Shown here: positions 35,417-47,050 of the stretch, piece after piece | How the letters are laid out: each line of letters starts with the position of its first letter | Numbering within the stretch: the stretch's first letter is position 1 | Assembly (NCBI GenBank): GCA_023515795.1 | Contig: JALGPX010000028.1 | Coordinates: 1 to 64,000 of the forward strand | DNA: 64,000 bases | Direction: 5' to 3' | Source of the DNA: Amoeboaphelidium occidentale | Lineage: Eukaryota | Notes under the pieces: model-generated | Seen by the model: the letters and a program-made list of their open reading frames with translations, nothing else | What the model was told of the DNA's origin: nothing | Databases searched by the model: none | Program-made: the position numbers and the translations under genes

Positions 35417-37916
35417 TTATTTCGCAGCAGTAATTGTCGAGTCCAAATTTCTAATGAAATTGAAGATTCTCTCCTCTACAGCCCTACAAATGCGTTTCTT
35501 TACCTGCTTCTTCAGAGCAAATCCAATTAGCTTGTACATGTAATTGTGAAGGGCATCATGCAATCTCAAATCAAGGTAATCAATTGTTACATCAATATCA
35601 AGTGGAATCAAAGTCGTGTACCACAAATTCGGATCTACTGCAACACGAACATGAACAGACAAGCCATTACCACCAATAATCAAATCTGCGAGGCCCTCGT
35701 CCTCAAAAACTGGAAAGGACTTCTTTCTGTAAGCAAACTCAACGTTCTTCAGATTAGCTTGAATCTGATAAATGTCAATATTCAACACATTCATGTAGTA
35801 CGCATCTGGTAAGTCTGGACGAGGAGAAATCTGTACCTCGTTCTCCCATTTAATGTCCACCATATTCGGAACAATTTCATCGAGGCTCAGGACAATATTC
35901 TCAAATGACAAGTCGTACTGCTCATCATTGATTTCAATTCTAGGCAGAGGCAAGTAACGGATAGACTGCAATAGAATAGGAAAATAGACTTGCCTCAAAT
36001 CTTTGATCAAATTCGATTTAAGGGTCAATTCTCCTGTTCTTTCATCAAACAACAAGTGATTCTGAAGAGATTCAAAGACTCTGGAGAAATCTTTCAACAA
36101 ATGATTTTGTCTAAAACTACCGAATAACGCTGTAATCTCATTCAAGAATGAATTCGTCAGATCAGGATAATTGTTGACAAGCATTGTTCTTCCTTTCGTC
36201 ATTAGATCAGCACCTTTCACCATGTAATCAGCAGACTGAACGTACATGGGATCAGAAAGACTTCTCTTGAGAAACAGACCCACATCATATAAGAAGTCTC
36301 TCAGCTTCCAGTCACGCTGTAAAGCAACTTGAAAACCATCAACAGTCGCGATCAGGTTATCAAGTTGATACCCTTCAGCCAAATCCTCAATGATAGCTTT
36401 CAAATCCAGAGACATCTGCTCTCTGTTGGCATCTCGGTACAGAATATTGGTAGAGTCCTTTGATCTTACTGAACCTAAATCAGAAATTGTGTCCCATATT
36501 TTAGTCATCAGATCCGAGAAGCCAGGAGTCGCAGTGATATCTTGCATCAAATCCTTCACCTTTTCCATGAGCTGCATTGCAATATCAATGTCCAAAGGCT
36601 TCCTTAACGCCGAAATGTAATCTTTCTGATAGCCCTGACCATAAAGTGGCTTTGTTGTAACAGCAGGCATCGCATAATCTTCTGGTGTAAACTGAACTTC
36701 AGGCCGTTCTTGAGCAAACCTAGCAGGATAATCAAGCCCCTCATATTCTTCCGCTTCTTCTATAGGTTCTAAGGGCTCAAATCCCTGTGCTTCTGGTTGA
36801 TCAACTTCAATCTCATCAACGAAGTGGACTCTTCTTGCTCGAGGAATATCTTCAAACCCCATTTGTTCAACAACAGAACCACCATCAGCATAAACAGGAT
36901 AAGCAAACTGAGGGGAGGCATACCCACTATCATAATTCTCATAGTCATAAAGTATACCAGCAGGAGGTTCATTCAAAGTCATCGTTGGTCCAGTTCCATA
37001 GCCAACATAGTCCTGGATAATCTCAGCCAAGTTCATAACAATGTCCCTGAACTCTCCAGATTTGGAAAGAGCTTTCAGCAAAGGAGCTACAGCAGATTGA
37101 GGGGCCAATGATTCCTCTGCAGCAGCCTCTCCGAAAGCAGACTCCCTCAACCTTTTCTCCCTCAAACGCTGAAACCTAAGAGCCTGAGTTGAGAGGGTTG
37201 AATGATGAATGAAAGACTGGAACTTCTCATCACTGTTGTACTCCATAATGAACCTCTCTAGCAATTGGATCAGATCCAGGATGTCGGTCATAACTTGAGC
37301 CGACTCATGGGACACACGGCTGGACCTCATATGAGAATAAACGTTGCTGCCTAGTCTGTCCAAGAAATGGAGGATATCATCATTTGTCGGCAAGTATCCT
37401 TCATACAAGACAGCACTCAAAGTATCAATAAACCTTTGACTCTCCGATACATCCTTGATCGCCGCAGGTCCGAATGTTTGGAATCCTGTTGTTCCGATAG
37501 CGCGCTTCTTGGAACCTAAAAATTAAAACAAAGAACTGTAATAAATTACGAGCCAATACAACATCCTTAGGAGTCAATCCGTAGTAGTAATGATCAGATC
37601 TAGGGCCATAACCATACATCAAAGGAAAGTTTTGAGGATAATCAGAAGCTGAAACACCCATGAAACGAGTATAAGCAGGATACTCCCAACCATATCTTGG
37701 CTTGTACAAAGTGTTATAGCGCAAGTTAATTTCTCTTCTGAGACCAAGATCAGAATGAATTTGCCCAGGGCGCATCAGTCTAACGGATCTTTTTGCCTTT
37801 TTAGCTTCTCTCTCGGCGTTCGGTGCAGGATGTTTTGAATAACCACCAATAGGACGCATATCATTATAGCGCCCCATTGTCGTGCGCGTCTGTTTCTGCT
37901 TAGTACCAGATTGCAT
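35417..37916 (-). CDS. HAM1-like (DUF5923/DUF4449) protein (intron 37516-37549)
   Basis: GYLPTNDDI N-terminal motif, N.DEKFQSFI, C-terminal IRYLPLPRIE...ENIVL, F.YRKKSFP..EDEGLAD; the 37425-37952 ORF splices in frame onto the main ORF. Confidence 0.75.
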
Positions 37917-39255
37917 TTTGAAACAAGAGTAAGAATTCTTCGAAGAATACACATTTACGTGATCATTCCGCTTCGAAGCGAATTCGTTTCGAAATTCCTC
38001 AAAGTCATAATATCTTGTTTGAATATTCTGGTTGCGAGATCAACTTGATTTCGGACCATGGGTTTGCCCTGGAATTGTAATCCTTCTCCTGGTTTCATGA
38101 TCACCGACACTGCGAGCAAATAAACGACAAGATTAGAGTTTCGGCGACATTTTCGTTAGACCACTAATCGCGCTGTTCTGGACTATTCGGCAGTATGTTG
38201 CCATTCTTTAGGGGTGACTCAGCATAATTTTCGGGCCGGATAAATCATAACGCGGATTGGTTGCTCTGAAACTTCAAAGTTATTTTTATAGTCCGAGAAA
38301 ACCGCAACATCTTTTGCGTCAAGTGAATACATCTGACTTTGTTAGTCTCAGAGATATCATCGTATTTTGACTTGACTGTTGTAGGTGAAATGTTTACGTA
38401 TTGTCAAGTTCAAGTGCTTCGGGCTTGATCATACGTAGGCTTTCGCTTACATCAGTCAAGTTAAACTATGATGAAATGATCCAACACATCTGAGGTCTCA
38501 ACTACAGTTCTAGCTGATGCTGTAGAACATGTCCTTGCGATTTCAGCTATAAGCTCAGCCTTTTCGTGAAGAGATCTTGATGATCTACTCCATGATCATA
38601 TGTACTTTACTTCATGAAACCAGTTTGGAATGAACTCCGAATGAGTTCTGGAGAGAAATACATCTTATGGTGTAAGATATATTCAGTAGTTATATCGACT
38701 ATTGATTTAGCATGATCTAATGCCTAATCAGTTGATGCTGGGATTTCGGGTTTCACGTATTCACATGCTATAAAGATCAAAAATAGCGATGGTATAACAC
38801 ATCTGCTTCCATTTAGAGGCAGTATCCGTATCAAAAAGGAACTAAAAATGCTCCCTTCCTTCCATAATCAAGTCAGTGTAAATCAGCATTTGCGTTTGAT
38901 TAGTTCAGAAGTTTGCCCCACATTATAACCATGTGATTCGCCGTATAAACGATTTTCAGGAATTAAACTATCTTTTATTCATTGTCCAGATGTATTAGAT
39001 GATAAGAATGCATGGCTCGATTACGATATGCTGTCCGCTTTCTGGGATACGAAACAAGGACTGAAGTTGATCATGTGATATACAGTAGGCAACGTCCACG
39101 TTTACAAAAGCATTCTTAGATAATGAATGCTTCAGTAACGTAAACAATCACCTACAATATATCTATGGTCCAAGATCCTTAGGTAAATGTACGTTCTCAA
39201 TACGTCACTATGAAACTAACTTTGAACTAAAGATGTTCTCACGATTAAGTCAAAA

Positions 39256-39537
39256 TTTATTGTATCTAGATCCTCGGCTCTCGGTTCGGCTGGCTTTGTT
39301 GAAGTTAGGCATCAAATTGCCGATTTCCAATCCCGTTTGACCTTTGATTCAGTTGGTGAGGCTGCGGATGACCCTGGATAACGCTGNNNNNNNNNNNNNN
39401 NNNNNNATTTATTGTATCTAGATCCTCGGCTCTCGGTTCGGCTGGCTTTGTTGAAGTTAGGTATCAAATTGCCGATTTCCAATCCCGTTTGACCTTTGAT
39501 TCAGTTGGTGAGGCTGCGGATGACCCTGGATAACGCT
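39256..39537. repeat. About 131-bp duplication across the N gap (39387-39406); probable assembly artefact
   Basis: 39256-39386 is repeated at 39407-39537 with one C/T difference. Confidence 0.85.
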
Positions 39538-40192
39538 GCCGTAACTATACTGTGGGCATTACCGGTTTTGCTGCAATTATTTATTCTTTTTCGGCTTGCA
39601 CGATCTACAAATGAAGCCCAGCGATATCTTTCTGATACCAAGACCGAGGAACAGCAAGAGGAAATGGTTTCAACTGACACAAGCTCAAAATTTTACCCAT
39701 ACTTGATGTAATTCTTCTTTGGGGACACTGACTTTCTATAAGATTGTTTGATATTCTCATGAGTGTGATGTCTATTCATGCTGCACTCTATTCACACATA
39801 TCTTTACTACATATCCTACTTGTTAATGGAACAATGAGCGTCTTATCAGTGAGTCATACATATTATATCGCATCTTACCTCAATAGATCACAGGATTATT
39901 GCGTGATATTCGTACTAAAGCAATGCTGGTTGAGAATCTTCGGAGGGAAATACGATCCTTAAAGGTTGCCGCAACTGCTTCCGATGATATTCTAGGTATT
40001 GTTGAGGAACGAGACGAAAACATTCAAGGATCCCAAAATACACTTTACCCGATATCGTCCGCTGATGTTTTGGATAGCCGCCTATCTTTGAATACGTTGT
40101 TATCGTCGCTGAAACAAGAACCTTCTACGGCATCAGGCTTAACCTCTAGACGGAGATCCCCGCGAATATCAAGATCAGTTGAGGGTCAGTAA
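39496..40192 (+). CDS. Hypothetical multi-exon membrane protein; 5' end unresolved near the gap
   Basis: Successive hydrophobic ORF segments separated by GT..AG-like short gaps, then a hydrophilic tail. Confidence 0.4.
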
Positions 40193-40288
40193 AAGCTTTA
40201 ATAGAATTTACATGCTTTACTTCTGTTTCTTTTGTTTGATATCTCATTTAGTTGCGCTGGGAACTTTGCCCAAATAGAACTCTTCACA

Positions 40289-42160
40289 ATGGCAGTGATC
40301 AGACGCATCAAAAGGCTGACCTACAACTGCTTTCATTACTTGAACAGACCAGGCTCTTATTGCTTCAGGTTCTTCTTTTTTATGTTGATCTTGCTGGCTT
40401 TGCTTACGGAGTATTTGATGCTTCTTCCGAACGTTCCTGTGATAACTTCGACTGGAAGGCTGCTAAGCGGCCAACTTCCCTGTGGAGCTCTTTATCAGCC
40501 CAAGCAGGCTCTGAAAGAGTGCAAGGATTTCGATGAGCTGTGGAAGCTGTTTCAGGATTTTAATCAATGTGTTTTTGAACAGAAATGGCCAGAAGATAGA
40601 CCTGATGTAGATATGTCTACTGCGCAACCTGAAGATTACGATTATAAGTATCTCGTTTTTGAGAGTGTCAATGGTTTAGGAAACAGGATTGTTGGGACAG
40701 TCTCTGGATTGTTTTATGCTATGCTCACAGGAAGGGCTTTTGTTCTGGAATGGAAGAGTGGCGATAATCATCCAGCTAGATTTGAAGATATTTTTAATGT
40801 GTCCTCCTTGAAGTTCGGTGTCAACATGGATAACTTCGCAGCGAGATCAAAGATACAAAAGATTCTTGGTCATGCTCATGCGCGAATTTTGAACGGCAAA
40901 GAACGAGATGCTCTAAGACTAGAAGAACCTGAAAAGGTTGATAAAGTTCCAGAAGACTGGACTTTCTACTTCAATGAGGCTTTAATTTGTGAGCCTATTA
41001 TTGCTGGTGATAATACGGTCTCAAATGAAGCGTTTGATCATATTTACAATTTCTTTACTAGAAGAGTTCAATGGATTACTTCTGATCAATACTTTGCGGC
41101 CGTTCTCAAAAGGAACCCAGAAGTCAGAAACTGGCTTGAGGAAAAGATGCCAGATGGTCAACTTTTTGCAAGATTGTCTAAACTTGTGTTTCGACCAAGG
41201 GATGAAGTGCTCTCAATTGTTAAAGAGTTTGCGACTCATCATGCAGAATTTATGCCCTCCTTCTTGAGAGAATTTGAGGGCAAAGGAGGAGTCAGAAGTG
41301 ATGATAATACAATCTTTAATATTGGCGTTCATGTCAGAACGTTTACGGGCACTGAGGATGACAAGTATCTTTTAAATAGTTTTGAGAAAGTTCTAGGTGC
41401 TGTTAATCTTATGGGAAAAGGCTCTTTTAGCAGCAACGGAAAACTCTTTAATATCATGATACTTGGAGACAGGAAAGAAAGAGTTTCAAGGCTTCATAGT
41501 TTTGCAACAAAACTCAAGTCAAACATATCGGCTAGCTCCGCATTCAAAAAACCTTATGCCTCTTTACCCCGCATTGATAAAATACTGCTTTCAGATTCGA
41601 TCCATGATAAGAATACATTGTTGTCAACCGGTCATGGAATGGTGCCCTGTGCTCAGATTTTGGCAAACAAGATTTCAAAGCGTAGAGATGATCAGTTGAT
41701 TCTAGATGGAATACAATGTATGAGGGCAACTCTTGCCGAATTGGTAGCTTATTCACTTAACGATGTTATATTATACACCGGGCATTCGACATTTGGGATG
41801 GTATCAGAAACATGGCGTCACCTTGTAGAATCTTTAAATTCTAGGACTGTACGACCAAGTAGGATTAAAGGCGTAATGGATTATTGGTCATTCGATCTCT
41901 TAAGGAATGTCTGGGCACGCTCGATTGCTTATTGGCCATACGATAATTCTGTTATCATTAGAGGAGCGATCAATTCATTATCGCAGCATGTAGGAAGAAG
42001 TATTAATAGTCCGCAAGAATGGTTTTTTGTGGAGAACCGATGTGCAGTCGTTGGAACCACAGAGCCAGAATATATCTTTAGATTCAAAATAAGAAATCAG
42101 GAGTGCAGGGAAAATGCAAAAGGAAATGAACCAAGCCCCGGGGAACGACTCCTTGTTTAG
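40289..42160 (+). CDS. Type II membrane fucosyltransferase, GT37 (xyloglucan FUT)/GT23-like
   Basis: N-terminal TM, KYLVFESVNGLGNRIVGTVSGLFYAMLTGRAF, SDQYF, IGVHVRT, STFG. Confidence 0.75.
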   Translation: MAVIRRIKRLTYNCFHYLNRPGSYCFRFFFFMLILLALLTEYLMLLPNVPVITSTGRLLSGQLPCGALYQPKQALKECKDFDELWKLFQDFNQCVFEQKWPEDRPDVDMSTAQPEDYDYKYLVFESVNGLGNRIVGTVSGLFYAMLTGRAFVLEWKSGDNHPARFEDIFNVSSLKFGVNMDNFAARSKIQKILGHAHARILNGKERDALRLEEPEKVDKVPEDWTFYFNEALICEPIIAGDNTVSNEAFDHIYNFFTRRVQWITSDQYFAAVLKRNPEVRNWLEEKMPDGQLFARLSKLVFRPRDEVLSIVKEFATHHAEFMPSFLREFEGKGGVRSDDNTIFNIGVHVRTFTGTEDDKYLLNSFEKVLGAVNLMGKGSFSSNGKLFNIMILGDRKERVSRLHSFATKLKSNISASSAFKKPYASLPRIDKILLSDSIHDKNTLLSTGHGMVPCAQILANKISKRRDDQLILDGIQCMRATLAELVAYSLNDVILYTGHSTFGMVSETWRHLVESLNSRTVRPSRIKGVMDYWSFDLLRNVWARSIAYWPYDNSVIIRGAINSLSQHVGRSINSPQEWFFVENRCAVVGTTEPEYIFRFKIRNQECRENAKGNEPSPGERLLV

Positions 42161-42176
42161 ATGCCAGCATTGTGAC

Positions 42177-43514
42177 TTAAACAAAATCGGATAGGTTTAT
42201 TTCTTTCTTTCCATTTCTATGACCTATTATGTGGTACGCGTAAATAGACGTCCAAGATGTACATTTATCAGGCCCCAGCGATTCTTCATCTCCAAACAAA
42301 AACAAATCCGACTTGATGCACAAAATTTCGTCTAAGAACGCCTTGTCCACATCAGAAAAGTCGTCCAAATAAATAACATTGAGAGAAGAGCTTTCTTTGA
42401 GTTGATTCATAACCCCCATGTACGGAGAACTGTCTCTTTTGTAAAAATCCGCGCTTACGAATATGGTGCGAATATTCTGCTGTTGCAGAATTGCGTTTGT
42501 GGATTTAACGATATTTGCCGCACAACTCACCGAATAAGGAGATTCAGTGTTCCATATTTTGTGAGACTCTAACAAAAGAGCGGCAAACTTATCCGGCTTG
42601 CTTCCGCTCGCGGACTTTGTGATCATGCCTTCCGCCTTTTTCTCTAGGCGCGTAGAGTAATGCCATTCAGAAGGGTCTGGCATATCATCTGATGATGTAG
42701 CAGGTTCAAGGAGCCTAAAACCACCAACATATCCTAATAATCAGATCATTCTAAAAGTAATTACCTGATACAACTATGGAATGAACATCAGAATCCAAAG
42801 ACAACTTTTGAACAAGATTTGTAAGACTGTACGGAGTAGCAGGAAATGGAAAGCATTCAGATTTCCATTTAGAATGTAGACTGGGGTAGAATGACTTGAT
42901 ATACTTTCCCATCTCGGCGTAATATGCAGATATGCTTTGACCTCCGTTACTAGAGGTACAGATCGCGGGTCCCTTTTTTGAATTATAGCTGGATGGTGGA
43001 GGCTCAAACTGATAATCCAAAATCTCGATAGCAGATGAATCTTTTTCGATCTCATTCAGATACTCCGTAAAGGTGATCATTTCTACGTTGAACTTCTCCT
43101 GTATGGATCGCATTCCGATGAAGTTCCGAAACGACGATGTATCAGTAAGTTCAATGCCCTCGCCATCAGCTTCAAAAGCAAAATACACATCCTTCTTGTT
43201 CTTATCGATGCGTGCCATTCGAGGTTCTACTAAAATCCTGCCTGTCTTGTAGGCCAAATACATTAACTCTGCTATTCCTTCTTTAGATGAGAAGAAAGGA
43301 TCCAGAATCGATTGCACCACCAGAAATCGACCTAATATTTATATTCGAGAACTTTGAAACGATTACGTTGATCATCTTTGCGAACAACAGTTTCAGCAAG
43401 ATTTGTCTGATCTTTACCCGACGTCAGCACAAGAGAAGCATTCATGTACATCGATCCCAACAATATAATACTTACAACCATGTAAAGCGCTAATCTCTTT
43501 TGTGCCGCAGACAT
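42177..43514 (-). CDS. O-fucosyltransferase-like type II membrane protein (introns 43332-43366, 42734-42764)
   Basis: N-terminal TM; LAYKTGRILVEP; C-terminal IFVSAD...FLDEILCIKSDLF...S.Y..HI...R, typical of the POFUT fold. Confidence 0.6.
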
Positions 43515-43622
43515 TTTGTTGAGTAAGTCTGAAATGCGGAGAAGTTGAGTACTTAACAACGCTGGTGCTATTAATAGCTGTCGCCAAGGAGAAATGGCCT
43601 CTGAGTATTCAGCATGCGGGCT

Positions 43623-44610
43623 NTTTTGAATTATAGCTGGATGGTGGAGGCTCAAACTGATAATCCAAAATCTCGATAGCAGATGAATCTTTTTCTATCT
43701 CATTCAGATACTCCGTAAAGGTGATCATTTCTACGTTGAACTTCTCCTGTATGGATCGCATTTCGATGAAGTTCCGAAACGACGATGTATCAGTAAGTTC
43801 AATGCCCTCGCCATCAGCTTCAAAAGCAAAATACACATCCTTCTTGTTCTTATCGATGCGTGCCATTCGAGGTTCTACTAAAATCCTGCCTGTCTTGTAG
43901 GCCAAATACATTAACTCTGCTATTCCTTCTTTAGATGAGAAGNGGTACAGATCGCGGGTCCCTTTTTTGAATTATAGCTGGATGGTGGAGGCTCAAACTG
44001 ATAATCCAAAATCTCGATAGCAGATGAATCTTTTTCTATCTCATTCAGATACTCCGTAAAGGTGATCATTTCTACGTTGAACTTCTCCTGTATGGATCGC
44101 ATTCCGATGAAGTTCCGAAACGACGATGTATCAGTAAGTTCAATGCCCTCGCCATCAGCTTCAAAAGCAAAATACACATCCTTCTTGTTCTTATCGATGC
44201 GTGCCATTCGAGGTTCTACTAAAATCCTGCCTGTCTTGTAGGCCAAATACATTAACTCTGCTATTCCTTCTTTAGATGAGAAGAAAGGATCCAGAATCGA
44301 TTGCACCACCAGAAATCGACCTAATATTTATATTCGAGAACTTTGAAACGATTACGTTGATCATCTTTGCGAACAACCGTTTCAGCAAGATTTGTCTGAT
44401 CTTTACCCGAGGTCAGCACAAGAGAAGCATTCATGTACATCGATCCCAACAATATAATACTTACAACCATGTAAAGCGCTAATCTCTTTTGTGCCGCAGA
44501 CATTTTGTTGAGTAAGTCTGAAATGCGGAGAAGTTGAGTACTTAACAACGCTGGTGCTATTAATAGCTGTCGCCAAGGAGAAATGGCCTCTGAGTATTCA
44601 GCATGCGGGC
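43623..44610 (-). repeat. Two further partial copies of the O-FucT-like gene 5' region, separated by single Ns (43623, 43943)
   Basis: Near-identical to parts of 42956-43622 with a few substitutions. Confidence 0.85.
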
Positions 44611-45247
44611 TATAACACGAAGAGTCTACGAAACATGATTCCATTATTTCGGGACGGAACTTTCGGGACGGCGTTGTGCTCCGGTTACACAAACGATCAG
44701 TGGATTGTGAAACACAGAAATGTATAAAAATCGGTGCTCGCGTTTACATAATTAATTTTCAAAAGTCATACACAAATATTGTGATACTTAACATAGCAGA
44801 TCCACCTATACTTCACTTGGGCGGTATTTATGACCAAACAGTTCGGCATGGAATTCGGAATCATGACGCCGACGCTGATTAGCTGTTATTAATAGGCAGA
44901 TGCTTAAATACGGTTCCGAAAAAGTACCACTTTTTCCATAACATGTTCTACACAAGACTACAAGTTCTTCATTGACTTGCAGCTTGTAGGTGAATTGTAA
45001 TAGTGCTAATATACTCCAACGCTTAGAGTATATTTGTACTGTTACAATCGGCTACATGCTACTTGTCAAAAAGACATTTCTCAAGCTTTTCGGTACGCGT
45101 GACGTGCACTTACATTGTTCGTCTTTGTCGCGAGGTCTTAGCATACAATTTCTGCACATGAAACGGTGGTTGTCATGGAATGGTGCTATTAATATCTGCA
45201 TTCTCTTCTCACACATTTCTCTCAAAGAAGTTCCAAAGTCACTTGAA

Positions 45248-45788
45248 ATGAAGTTCACATATCCAATTATATCCGCAATCCTACTTTATACAGTTTCTGC
45301 TTCAGGTGATAACGATCATGCGTTCCCCGGTGCTGTTGGTATTGTTGATCATGATGACAAGAGGGCTCAAGAAGCTTTCCAGTAAGATCTTTCACTACAG
45401 CTCTATTAAATGTTAAGCCACGTGCTAGATGATCTAGATAAGTTGGATCCAGAACACGAAATACATCCAGCTTCTGATGAAATGGCACCTGATCAAGAAC
45501 TATCATTCTGGTTCACCTCAGCTGATCACAACGGAGACGTCTACCTTGACGGTTACGAGTTAATGCAAGCTCTAACTGCTGGTCTTACGAAACAGAATGG
45601 TTATACACTTGAAGCAATCACCAAACATGTTGACGATATTCTTGCAGGCGATGATCTTGACAAGGAGTAAGAACATGCTTTTCGATACATGCCTAACGTT
45701 TAGTGGCAAGATATCTTTTGCTGAGTTGATAGAGAGCGAAAAACGTCTTCAGAACGGAAAGAAGAAGGCCTCCTCCGGAATAGCTTGA
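45248..45788 (+). CDS. Secretory EF-hand protein, MCFD2/Ssp120-like (two introns)
   Basis: Signal peptide; FWFTSADHNGDVYLDGYELMQAL and VDDILAGDDLDKDGKISFAE EF-hands. Confidence 0.8.
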
Positions 45789-45809
45789 ACCAAAGTCCTT
45801 TTCAGAAGA

Positions 45810-46604
45810 ATGCGATCATTGATTTTCAGTAATAGAATTCTTGCTAACAATCTATTCAAGCTTAACCCATATCCAACTTTTATATTTGTGAAACAGAGCA
45901 ACAGACACAAAATGACAGGAACAGAAGGAACCAGATTAAAGATTTATACCAAAACAGGTGACAAAGGAACCTCTTCACTTTACACCGGAGAAAGAAGAGG
46001 TAAAGATGATTTGATATTTGAAGCTCTCGGTGCAGTTGACGAATTGACATCTTATCTGGGGTAATTTCCTCGACTTATTGGAAAACGCATTGACCTTTTA
46101 CAGATTAGGTCGCGAGTACATTATGGATCTGAACTTCTCAAAGCCCTTGAGCCAAATTGAAAAGATACAATGTTACTTACAAGATCTTAATTCTAATGTC
46201 GCAACACCCAGGAACAGCACTTTTGCGTCATCGTTCAAGATCAACCGAACCTTGTTTGATGCAGAAGGAGCAGGCGCAAAAGAGCTTGAAACATGGATCG
46301 ACGAGATGGACAGCGAACTACCACCTTTAAAGAACTTCATCTTACCGGTAACACTGCCATCCAGGAAGAGCCTGATATAACTTTTTTGTTTTAGTCCGGA
46401 GGTAAAGCTGCATCAACTATTCACGTGGCACGTTCCATCTGCAGAAGAGCGGAAAGACGTGTTGTTCCTTTGGTCAAAGAGGGAGTTGCTGATGAGCAGT
46501 GTGGGATATACTTGAACCGTTTAAGCGACTACTTGTTCACTTTGGGGCGCTTTCTATCCTTGAAGGAAGGCAAGAAGGAAACGATTTATGTGAAGCCAAA
46601 ATAA
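45810..46604 (+). CDS. MMAB: Cob(I)alamin adenosyltransferase, PduO/MMAB type (two introns)
   Basis: [61 protein letters not shown]; presequence-like N-terminus. Confidence 0.95.
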
Positions 46605-46625
46605 ACGCTTTCAATGTCTCTTTAT

Positions 46626-46994
46626 TTAATGGTTCTTTGCGAAAGAGTGCGCCTGGTTCCTGCTGTAGTTCATAACGAAACCTGTACCGGCAATCAACAA
46701 GACAAAGTGAAGGATTACGGAACCACTTGGGACTTTGCCACTCAAATAAGTAGCGCGGTAGTTATTCCACATTCTGGATGGAGCGAACTGAGCCAATGGG
46801 TGTGTCTTTCTCCATTCCCTCCAGCGGATCCATTCGCCCAAAGTTTTTGTCTCCAAAAGTTCCTTTGTAATTGGCTCCTGGACAGGGATATACTTTACGG
46901 ACTCAGCGGCAGGAGCGCTTGCCAATTTCTTCCAGTTTACCTTTAAGCCGAATGTGCCGTCAGTCTTTGGTGGAATGTAATGATCGCCAGCCAT
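46626..46994 (-). CDS. ATP17: Mitochondrial ATP synthase subunit f
   Basis: IPPK near the N-terminus; YRATYLSG...SGSVILH + TM + G(F)VMNY...H, resembling subunit f. Confidence 0.65.
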   Translation of the reverse strand: MAGDHYIPPKTDGTFGLKVNWKKLASAPAAESVKYIPVQEPITKELLETKTLGEWIRWREWRKTHPLAQFAPSRMWNNYRATYLSGKVPSGSVILHFVLLIAGTGFVMNYSRNQAHSFAKNH

Positions 46995-47050
46995 TTGTTA
47001 TTGGAGAATCAAAATTTGTTTCGCTTTGGCCGTTGCTGCGACATAAAGTC

